Assembly: GCF_016908875.1 (NCBI RefSeq)
Contig: NZ_JAFBES010000002.1
Location: 233,740 to 257,739, forward strand
From: Bacillus ectoiniformans
GTDB taxonomy: Bacteria > Bacillota > Bacilli > Bacillales > Domibacillaceae
Reading direction: 5' to 3'
DNA length: 24,000 bases
Position numbers and translations under genes: made by a program. Below the pieces are notes generated by a model. That model saw only the letters and a list, made by a program, of their open reading frames with translations, made no database searches and was not told the DNA's origin. Position 1 is the stretch's first letter. Every line of letters begins with the position of its first letter. Positions 1-6,881 of the stretch are shown piece by piece.

Positions 1-59
1 TTCGGTTTAAATATTCCTAATTCAAACGGTTTATAGCCTGTAACAGTCCAAACTGACAT
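1..59 (-). CDS. ypsA: YpsA-like (DUF1273/SLOG family) protein; only the N-terminal 19 codons are present because the gene runs off the left edge
   Basis: Absent from the ORF track because it is truncated. The minus-strand ATG at 59-57 is preceded by GAAAGGAGAGAAAGGA. The translation MSVWTVTGYKPFELGIFKP carries the TGYKPFELGIF N-terminal signature I recall for B. subtilis YpsA. Its position next to cotD fits the synteny. Confidence 0.65.
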   Translation of the reverse strand, partial: MSVWTVTGYKPFELGIFKP

Positions 60-149
60 TCCTTTCTCTCCTTTCATTCCACAGAACCTCTGAGACCGTT
101 AGTAAAAAAGTGAAGTCTTCTTGACTGCATGGCTACCTTATCAATAAAA

Positions 150-180
150 AATTGAAAAAAGCAAGGGATGCGTCCCTTGC
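150..180 (-). terminator. Rho-independent terminator of cotD
   Basis: The minus strand reads GCAAGGGA-CGCA-TCCCTTGC (161-180) followed by TTTTTTCAATTTTTT. It begins 9 nt after the cotD stop. Confidence 0.8.
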
Positions 181-188
181 TTAAATGA

Positions 189-425
189 TTAGCGCATCCC
201 AAATGGCGGACGGCCGCCGCAGAATAGCTGCTGGCTTTGTACTTGCTGAACATTTGATTGTGTTTGAGGAAAATAATGCTGATGCTGAAACATTTTAGTA
301 TTAACATTAGTTGTATGTGTTGGGTGTATATGCGGCACGATAAATTTTTCATATGAGTGAGTCTGGCAGCATTTTGTCGGATGAACGACTGCTGGTAATA
401 CTCGTGGTGGCCTGCATGGGTACAT
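189..425 (-). CDS. cotD: Spore coat protein CotD (78 aa)
   Basis: The His/Pro/Thr-rich sequence MYPCRPP..VHPTKCC..IVPHIHPTHTTNVN..FQHQHYFPQT.SNV resembles B. subtilis CotD as I recall it. I reset the start to ATG 425 because GGAAGGAGGA lies 6 nt upstream. The track start at 458 has no SD. Confidence 0.8.
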   Translation of the reverse strand: MYPCRPPRVLPAVVHPTKCCQTHSYEKFIVPHIHPTHTTNVNTKMFQHQHYFPQTQSNVQQVQSQQLFCGGRPPFGMR

Positions 426-461
426 GCTGTTTCCTCCTTCCATATTTGCTATCCACATTCA

Positions 462-489
462 TAGTGTATGGCCGGAAGGGGGAACATGT
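462..489 (-). promoter_or_regulatory. Candidate mother-cell (sigma-K/sigma-E type) promoter of cotD
   Basis: The minus strand reads AC-17 nt-CATACACTA, which matches the sigma-K pattern AC / CATA---TA. It lies about 35 nt upstream of the cotD ATG. This rests on a pattern match only. Confidence 0.35.
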
Positions 490-756
490 ACTAATCCAAA
501 TACCTATTTTACATGAAGCTATAGAAGCTGTCTTTTAAATTAGTCATGACAAAAGCAGTTAAGCAAACGAATACAAAAAATAAAACAAATAAAGCACGAT
601 ACAAACTAATCCACCCCGTTATTATTATTATTCTCTGTTAATTCTGCACAATTCAACATTTTACAGCCTTTTGAACTGATTAACAATAAAAAAATGACAT
701 TTTTTTTAATAAGTTGCATCATTTGTCACCTGTTTTTTAAGGGGCAAGTTTCCTGA

Positions 757-2043
757 TTATTTGTCTATTTTTTGTTTAATTAATTTTGACTTCAATCGAC
801 GGATCCGCTTTTCTGCATCGACTGCAAATTTATTGTTCGGTTGATTTGTCTTTACAAAAGCTTCAAGTTCTGAAGACAAGGCCTCTTCTGCATACGTTAA
901 GGCCTCGGAATAATCTTTCAGATGATGTTCGTAATATTTACTCAGTTCGATCTTCGCCTCTTTTTGGCATTGCAAAGAGCCGTTTTCAGCAACTTCTTGC
1001 CAAAGACCCAGCGCTTCTTCCCATTTTTTGTTTCGTTTATAGTGATAAGAGAGGGCTAGTTTCGCTTCCATTGCTGCTTGTTGATCTGCTCCATCACTTT
1101 CAGCAATTTTTTCAAAAGCTTTTACAGCAGATTCATCTTCTCCTATATATTTAAACCATTTGGCAATCTCGATTTGCTCTCTGCTTGTTTGGGTCACATC
1201 TTTTTGCATAATATGCAAACTAATATGTGTATAGAGAGTAATTAAACTAAGGATATCTATTTCATTGTGTTTTAACACCTTTAGAATGGCTTCTGGATCT
1301 TTTCTTTCCACATAGTCAAAGTAGATCATCGGCGCTAAGTAGCCTGGGACATCTTCTACTCTGTTAATATGCAAAATATTTTTTTCGACATTGGCAAGTT
1401 TCACTGATTCCATGGTATGTTTCCACAGTCTCCTTGATGCATGAAACAAATCAAAATGTCCAAAGGCCGGCAGTTTAGGAACGTGATCCCGTACGAGTGT
1501 ATGCCGTGTTTTCACTTGCGGCCAGTCAAAAGACTTTCCATTATATGTTACAAGCGTTGTGTAATCTACGTTTCTAAGGAAGCTATGGTAAAGGGCCGCC
1601 TCGTTCCCAGGCGAAGGAAGAAAATGCTGCCTGAGAATGACTCGGTCTTCCATTATACGGGCATATCCAAGCAGAAAAATGGTGTTGCCGACTCCGCCTC
1701 CAAGCCCGGTTGTTTCCGTATCAAAAAAGAACAGGTCACTTGCCTTCATTCCATCTGCTGACAAGGGATGTGTTCCTCCCCACTTCTCCCAATCACTTAC
1801 GGCGGCTTTCGCTTGTTTAAACGAATAAAGTCCATGGATCGTATCTAACGGATATGTCACTTCCCGAATGAGGCAATATTGATCATCTAACTCATAGACC
1901 GCAGCTCCTGCCTCTTTCCAATCGTTCATGAACGGAATGTCTCTTTCATTTTTATCTTTCAAGTGAGGCTTTGTTTTCTTTTCAGCCGGCTCATCCCTCA
2001 CAATATGTGTCTTCATTCTTTTCAGCTTGTTGGATAAGCTCAT
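757..2043 (-). CDS. mrfB: MrfB/YprB: DEDDh RNase-H-like 3'-5' exonuclease with a C-terminal TPR-like region
   Basis: Exonuclease motifs are FFFDTETTGL (DxE), TYNGKSFDWPQ, and HNEIDILSL with an upstream H (HFDLFHA). The C-terminal helical repeats (AKLALSYHYKRNKKWEEALGLWQ.., YYEHHLKDYSEALTYAEEAL) look TPR-like. The SD AAGGAG overlaps the mrfA stop codon and sits 8 nt before the ATG. Confidence 0.85.
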   Translation of the reverse strand: MSLSNKLKRMKTHIVRDEPAEKKTKPHLKDKNERDIPFMNDWKEAGAAVYELDDQYCLIREVTYPLDTIHGLYSFKQAKAAVSDWEKWGGTHPLSADGMKASDLFFFDTETTGLGGGVGNTIFLLGYARIMEDRVILRQHFLPSPGNEAALYHSFLRNVDYTTLVTYNGKSFDWPQVKTRHTLVRDHVPKLPAFGHFDLFHASRRLWKHTMESVKLANVEKNILHINRVEDVPGYLAPMIYFDYVERKDPEAILKVLKHNEIDILSLITLYTHISLHIMQKDVTQTSREQIEIAKWFKYIGEDESAVKAFEKIAESDGADQQAAMEAKLALSYHYKRNKKWEEALGLWQEVAENGSLQCQKEAKIELSKYYEHHLKDYSEALTYAEEALSSELEAFVKTNQPNNKFAVDAEKRIRRLKSKLIKQKIDK

Positions 2044-2055
2044 TCCATCGACTCC

Positions 2056-4326
2056 TTACACTAAAAACATTCGCAGGATCTTTAACGTATCTGTTTTGGC
2101 ATGTTCACTTGAAGTATCGGTTCCAATACATGACGGGCAGCCTGATGTACACGGACATTGAGCAATCGACTCCTCCGCTTGCGTTAAAATATCTTCCATT
2201 TGTTTATATACTTGTTCACTCAGACCAATGCCGCCAGGGTAATGATCATAAATAAAGATGGTCGGCTGCTGGTTATGGCTTGCCTTTACTTGCGGAACCA
2301 CGTGAATGTCCTTTGGATCACACATGACAAACAGCGGAATAATCCCTTTCAGACTGTATGCAGCTCCAATTAACCCATGCTCTAGCCGCTCTTCGGTTAA
2401 TTCTTTCAATTCATCAGTTAATGAGACCCAGGCAGAGTTCGTGTGCAATTCCACTTCCGGCAAATGTATCGGACCCGATCCTATGTTTTCGTGTGTATCA
2501 AATTTGATCTTTTTGAAGATGGTTGCCATAGCGTGGACAGCAACGTCTCCATAGGAGGTGCTTACCTTTTCATTTTCCCGATGTTTATCTTCTTCAAGCA
2601 CCTGAAGCTGAACCGCTAGATTCGCATCGGTGAAATAATCCACATCAACTTCTCGTACGTAAGCTTTCTTTTCTTCCCAATCAAGCTCTTCTACTTGAAA
2701 TTGCACACCTTGGTGCAGATAAATCGCTTCGTCATGAAGAAGCGTCATCGCGCTGAAGCGGTCCATTTCCCCAATGACTGTATGGTTCGCCACATCAGAT
2801 ATATCAATAATAATCACATTTTCTTGTGAGGCAGAACGCAGGCTGATGTTATGAGCGGGGAACGAATCATTCATCCAAAACCATTGGTCATTATTTTGAT
2901 GCAGAACCCGCTCTTCAGTTAAGAACTCTAGCACATCTTCTATGTCCGTCTGACCAAACTTGTCGCCTTGTTTAAATGGCAGCTCATAGGCCGCGCACTT
3001 AATGTGATCGACCAATATAACAAGGTTATCGGGATTAATGCGGGCAGTTTCTGGGTTTTTGTTAAAAAAATAGTCCGGATGTTCAATGATATATTGATCT
3101 AGCGGATCAGAACTCGCAACCATGATGACAAGCGACTCCCCATGACGGCGGCCCGCTCTGCCGGCTTGCTGCCACGCACTGGCAATTGTACCTGGATAGC
3201 CAGTCATCACACATGCCTGAAGCTGTCCGATATCCACTCCAAGTTCAAGAGCATTCGTGGAGACTACTCCATAAATATCGCCGCTCCTAAGTCCGCTTTC
3301 AATTTCTCGCCGCTGAGTAGGCAAATACCCGCCGCGATAGCCGCGAATCGATTTCGCCCCTAATTCATTTTTTACGAGTTCCTGCAGGTAAGTTAAAATA
3401 ATTTCTACCCGGACTCGGCTTCTGGCAAAAATGATCGTCTGAATTTTACTTTTCAGCATGGCGCCAGCGAGCTTTCGAACTTCAAGTGTCGCACTGCGCC
3501 GGATATTTAAAGGCTTGTTCACAATTGGCGGGTTATAAAAGACAAAGTGCTTCTTCCCTTGCGGCGCCCCGTTATTATCGATTAATTCCACTTTCTTCTC
3601 AATCATCGCTTCTGCAAGCTCAAGCGGATTGGCGATAGTGGCAGATGTGCAAATAAAGACGGGATCACTGCCGTAATACCGGCAGATTCGCTGAAGCCGG
3701 CGAAGAACATTCGCGACATGACTGCCAAATACACCTCTATAAATATGAAGTTCGTCTAAAACGATATATTTCAAGTTCTCAAATAGCGAAACCCATTTCG
3801 TATGATGGGGCAAAATGGCCGAGTGCAGCATATCAGGATTCGTCATAATGACTTGACCTGATTTCCGGACTTTCTGCCTGATATTAGCCGGTGTATCTCC
3901 ATCATACGTATAGCTGTTAATTGGGAGCCCCGCTTCTTGGATCAGCTCATTGATCTCGCTTTTTTGATCCTGTGCTAAAGCTTTCGTAGGGAACAGATAC
4001 AATGCCCTTGCCTCTTTCTCTTCTAGCACAGATTGCAGTACAGGCAGGTTATAGCATAGTGTTTTCCCCGAAGCAGTTGGTGTAACTGCCACTAGACTCT
4101 TTCCGCTTCTTGCTGCTTCAAAAGCAGAAAGCTGATGGGTATATAATTGAGAGATTCCTCTATTGTTTAACGCTTCTTTAAGCAATGGATGCAGTTCAGC
4201 AGGCATTGGCAGCGTGACAGCCGCTCTCTCTTCGATCGTATGCCAGTGAACGATATTTTGTTGAATCGATTCTTCTTGATGAAGCCATTCAATGACTTGT
4301 TGAATCGTACGTTTATTTGAAAGCAT
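2056..4326 (-). CDS. mrfA: MrfA/YprA: DEAD/DEAH-box (Ski2-like) helicase with a C-terminal DUF1998 zinc-binding domain
   Basis: Motif I is TPTASGKT, motif II is LDELH and motif VI is QQAGRAGRR. The C-terminal 4-Cys cluster is CPCTSGCPSC. The SD GAGAGGTGA lies 6 nt upstream of the ATG. The 756-aa length and the pairing with mrfB match B. subtilis yprA-yprB. Confidence 0.9.
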   Translation of the reverse strand: MLSNKRTIQQVIEWLHQEESIQQNIVHWHTIEERAAVTLPMPAELHPLLKEALNNRGISQLYTHQLSAFEAARSGKSLVAVTPTASGKTLCYNLPVLQSVLEEKEARALYLFPTKALAQDQKSEINELIQEAGLPINSYTYDGDTPANIRQKVRKSGQVIMTNPDMLHSAILPHHTKWVSLFENLKYIVLDELHIYRGVFGSHVANVLRRLQRICRYYGSDPVFICTSATIANPLELAEAMIEKKVELIDNNGAPQGKKHFVFYNPPIVNKPLNIRRSATLEVRKLAGAMLKSKIQTIIFARSRVRVEIILTYLQELVKNELGAKSIRGYRGGYLPTQRREIESGLRSGDIYGVVSTNALELGVDIGQLQACVMTGYPGTIASAWQQAGRAGRRHGESLVIMVASSDPLDQYIIEHPDYFFNKNPETARINPDNLVILVDHIKCAAYELPFKQGDKFGQTDIEDVLEFLTEERVLHQNNDQWFWMNDSFPAHNISLRSASQENVIIIDISDVANHTVIGEMDRFSAMTLLHDEAIYLHQGVQFQVEELDWEEKKAYVREVDVDYFTDANLAVQLQVLEEDKHRENEKVSTSYGDVAVHAMATIFKKIKFDTHENIGSGPIHLPEVELHTNSAWVSLTDELKELTEERLEHGLIGAAYSLKGIIPLFVMCDPKDIHVVPQVKASHNQQPTIFIYDHYPGGIGLSEQVYKQMEDILTQAEESIAQCPCTSGCPSCIGTDTSSEHAKTDTLKILRMFLV

Positions 4327-4526
4327 CGCTGTTCACCTCTCGTCTATTCTACCGAACAAACGCTCCATATGAAAGACCGAAATAGATTGAATTTAGCCGT
4401 CTATTTGATACAGTCAATAGTTAATATTCAAATTTATCAAGCACCTGAGTCCCTTCAAACAGAGAAAATCAATGACTAAGTTTTACGCTCGTCCGGCAAA
4501 AATATCACAGCTGATTAAATCCACAC

Positions 4527-4553
4527 AAAAAAACATAAGGCATCTACCCTATG
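4527..4553 (-). terminator. Probable terminator of yppG; the hairpin overlaps the stop codon
   Basis: The minus strand reads CATAGGG-TAGATG-CCTTATG, a 7-bp stem with one G-U pair, followed by TTTTTTT. The stem is short. Confidence 0.5.
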
Positions 4554-4950
4554 CTTTAAAAAATCCTGTAATTCCTTTTAACATGCCCGAAAATTGATTG
4601 ACAGTATTCACCATCATCCCAGCGGTATCGATGGCTTTACTAATATTAAACGAGCCATCGTCATTCTTGAATGACTGCATGACCATCGATGGTTTGTTCC
4701 CCATCACCTGCGTCGGATAAGGATAAGGGGCTTGTGGAGCAGCTGGATAATAGGAATAGAACGGCTCCTGTTTTACCGGCTCCATTTTGTAAAGCGGATG
4801 ATCGTACATTCCGCTAGTATATGAAGGGTAATTCGGAATGGGCGGATAGCCGTTCATCGGCAGCGGCCCATAGTTTCTCGTACGGGGAAGGACCGGCTGC
4901 TGATAATAATAGAGGTCTGGTCTTCTGTATACATCCTCCCAATACTGCAT
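4549..4950 (-). CDS. yppG: YppG-like Pro/Tyr/Gln-rich low-complexity protein (133 aa)
   Basis: The call rests on composition (YYYQQPVLP..NGYPPIPNYPSYTSGMYDHPLY..YYPAAPQAPYPYPTQ) and on its position next to yppE. I reset the start to ATG 4950 because GGAGGA abuts the track ATG at 4956 but lies 6 nt before this one. Confidence 0.6.
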   Translation of the reverse strand: MQYWEDVYRRPDLYYYQQPVLPRTRNYGPLPMNGYPPIPNYPSYTSGMYDHPLYKMEPVKQEPFYSYYPAAPQAPYPYPTQVMGNKPSMVMQSFKNDDGSFNISKAIDTAGMMVNTVNQFSGMLKGITGFFKA

Positions 4951-4978
4951 CAACATTCCTCCTCGCTTATTGTCTCTT

Positions 4979-5006
4979 CATTTTATGAACGAGCAGGAGA
5001 ATGTGT
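4979..5006 (-). promoter_or_regulatory. Candidate sigma-K/sigma-E-like promoter of yppG
   Basis: The minus strand reads AC-17 nt-CATAAAATG, about 25 nt upstream of the yppG SD. This is a pattern match only and the last position deviates from CATA---TA. Confidence 0.3.
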
Positions 5007-5010
5007 GCCT

Positions 5011-5367
5011 TTACTCTGTTTCTTTCGCCAATTGGTTTAAAACAAACAAAGTGGATTCTATATAGTTTTTAAAGCGGGTTAAGCTTGTTTGATAATAAAA
5101 CGCTTGTACTGAAACTAATTCTAAATTTTCAACAGTTGCTTTTATTTGTGGCATATGCAAGTATTTCGGCTTTGCCTTGGCTTGCTTCAGCCAGTCCAAA
5201 GCCTCTGTTTCCCACTCTTTTGATAAGGCATGAACACGGTCAGCAAAGGGTTTGACTTCCGAATAAAAATCAGCGTTTTCTTTTTTCTCTCTTACTTGAT
5301 AATATATTGAATTGGCTTCATGCACTAAAGCTAACAGTTCAAGAGTCAGTGTCTGCAATCTAGTCAT
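5011..5367 (-). CDS. yppE: YppE (DUF1798) helical-bundle protein of unknown function
   Basis: The 118-aa length and the sequence (..ENADFYSEVKPFADRVH..WLKQ..KPKYLH..QI..T..NLE..SVQAF) fit the YppE family as I recall it. The SD GAGAGGA lies 8 nt upstream. The synteny agrees. Confidence 0.75.
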   Translation of the reverse strand: MTRLQTLTLELLALVHEANSIYYQVREKKENADFYSEVKPFADRVHALSKEWETEALDWLKQAKAKPKYLHMPQIKATVENLELVSVQAFYYQTSLTRFKNYIESTLFVLNQLAKETE

Positions 5368-5414
5368 ATGTCAAGTCCTCTCGTTTTCAGTTCTGGATGC
5401 GGTTAGGTCTTCAC

Positions 5415-5443
5415 ATTCTATAAGGTTTCATCAAACACTTCAA
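5415..5443 (-). promoter_or_regulatory. Candidate sigma-A promoter for yppE
   Basis: The minus strand reads TTGAAG-17 nt-TAGAAT, about 45 nt upstream of the yppE ATG. Confidence 0.45.
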
Positions 5444-5457
5444 GTAAAATTCATCAA

Positions 5458-5700
5458 TCAGACAGGTTTGCAAGAGACTTTAAAAGATTGAACCATTTTA
5501 TATGAAGACGAAGCGGCCAATAAAAATTCGGCTCCCTCCTCTAATAAATTAAGCCGGTTAATGACAGCTTCTTTCTTGCTCCATAAATTTGCATAGCGAG
5601 CTTCTTTGGTAGATTTTACTCTTCTTTTCAGCACATGCTCCATTTGTTCTACCTTCTCTTCAATGTCAGTTAATTCTTTTAATAATTCATCTCTTGTCAT
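5458..5700 (-). CDS. yppD: YppD-like small coiled-coil protein (80 aa)
   Basis: I reset the start to ATG 5700 (MTRDELLKELTDIEEKVEQ..). It is preceded by AAAGGGG 8 nt upstream. The track start at 5766 has its nearest SD 19 nt away. The resulting length matches the roughly 81-aa YppD I recall. The assignment rests on position and size. Confidence 0.55.
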   Translation of the reverse strand: MTRDELLKELTDIEEKVEQMEHVLKRRVKSTKEARYANLWSKKEAVINRLNLLEEGAEFLLAASSSYKMVQSFKVSCKPV

Positions 5701-6072
5701 AGCCGCCGCCCCTTTATATAATTTATTGAAATTCACAGACATATTAAGCAGTCTTTTGCTATACATTTCTAGCGTTTTTTATGTTCTCCTTCCTGCCTGA
5801 CAAAACTAGGTTTGATTCGTCAAAGATAGAACCAGACAGACAAAAATAAATCCTGATTCGACAATCGGCGCCTGATGGCTGATCTCTCCTATTATCAGAC
5901 TGATAGAATCATATCCACCCTTCTGTAAGCATAGTTTCTTTAATGCAAGGAAATCAGTTATAGCTAATACAGTTGAAATTGCAGCGTTACATTGTTGAAT
6001 CTTCCTATCACTCATCCCGATGATTGGCCGCATGCTGATGGAAAAAAGCGGAGAAGATTATGGAATGTTTTC

Positions 6073-6103
6073 TTACCCCATCGGCCATTTTTTCTGTTAT
6101 GAT
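6073..6103 (+). promoter_or_regulatory. Possible extended -10 promoter for recU-ponA
   Basis: TGTTATGAT, with TG at 6095-6096 and the -10 at 6098-6103, lies 27 nt upstream of the recU ATG. The -35 (TTACCC/ACCCCA) is poor. Confidence 0.3.
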
Positions 6104-6129
6104 ATGTAGTATCTTGTGAGGTGGTTTTT

Positions 6130-6735
6130 ATGGCAATAAGATATCCAAACGGAAAGAAATTCCTCCCTTCACCTGAAGCTGCTAGTAAAAAAACTCCCCC
6201 TAAATCCCATAGCTACAGCAACAGGGGCATGACGCTGGAGGAAGATTTAAATGCAACGAATGAGTTTTATTTAGACAGAGGGCTGGCCGTTATTCATAAG
6301 AAACCGACCCCGGTGCAGATCGTCCAAGTAGATTATCCTAAACGAAGCGCCGCTGTTATAAAGGAAGCATACTTCAAACAGGCGTCCACAACCGATTATA
6401 ACGGGGTATATAAAGGAAGATATATTGATTTTGAAGCGAAAGAAACACGTAGCACGACAGCTTTCCCTTTAAAAAATTTTCATGAACACCAAATCCTTCA
6501 TATGAAAGAAGTTGACCGGCAGCAAGGGATTGCGTTTGTCATCATCCGATTTTCCATGACTGAAGAAATGTACTATATGCCTGCTAGTCTCCTATTTACA
6601 TATTGGGATCGAATGCAATCAGGAGGGCGGAAATCCATAACAAAACAAGAAATAGAAAAACACGCCTATCACATTCCCTTAGGTCTGCATCCAAGAATTC
6701 CTTATCTGTCCATCATTGATCACTACTTTCTTTAA
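6130..6735 (+). CDS. recU: Holliday-junction resolvase RecU
   Basis: The N-terminus [11 protein letters not shown] and the catalytic-core region [19 protein letters not shown] are typical of RecU. I reset the start to ATG 6130 because GAGGTGG lies 5 nt upstream. The track GTG at 6121 falls inside that SD. Confidence 0.9.
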   Translation: MAIRYPNGKKFLPSPEAASKKTPPKSHSYSNRGMTLEEDLNATNEFYLDRGLAVIHKKPTPVQIVQVDYPKRSAAVIKEAYFKQASTTDYNGVYKGRYIDFEAKETRSTTAFPLKNFHEHQILHMKEVDRQQGIAFVIIRFSMTEEMYYMPASLLFTYWDRMQSGGRKSITKQEIEKHAYHIPLGLHPRIPYLSIIDHYFL

Positions 6736-6881
6736 GCCTTTATACATGGATAAGGATAAAAGACGGCACAACAGGAGAAAAATAGGTGAAAATAAACATT
6801 TATTTACGTTCATGCTAAGATTAGTATAGAGGAATAACAGCAAGAAGAATTATTCCCTTTGAAAGCGAGGAAATTAGACAC

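Noticed and set aside
74-538. Track ORFs 74-352 (-), 353-538 (+) and the N-terminal extension of 189-458 (-)
   Set aside because: They overlap cotD in other frames or on the opposite strand. They have no SD. Their odd composition is explained by the His/Pro-rich cotD sequence. Only the CotD frame starting at ATG 425 has a ribosome-binding site and a family resemblance.
546-641. Plus-strand 31-codon ORF MTKAVKQTNTKNKTNKARYKLIHPVIIIILC, which resembles a small membrane peptide or type I toxin
   Set aside because: There is no Shine-Dalgarno within 20 nt upstream, and I could not identify a promoter or an antisense-RNA arrangement. It lies in an AT-rich spacer and is most likely a chance ORF.
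786-1828. Plus-strand ORFs antisense to mrfB (786-1154, 1441-1761, 1637-1828)
   Set aside because: They lie entirely within a well-supported minus-strand gene. Their translations are low-complexity or Leu/Ser/Arg-rich, as is typical of antisense frames. They have no SD.
5806-6033. A 75-aa minus-strand ORF in the yppD-recU gap
   Set aside because: Neither Met1 nor Met7 has an SD and I recognise no motif. I treat it as non-coding or a possible gene remnant (see the finding on this gap).
6831-6856. Hairpin GGAATAA-12 nt-TTATTCC between recU and ponA, considered as a possible terminator or attenuator
   Set aside because: It has a 7-bp AT-rich stem and no following U-tract. From memory, recU-ponA is a single operon in B. 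subtilis. The evidence is insufficient to call any element.
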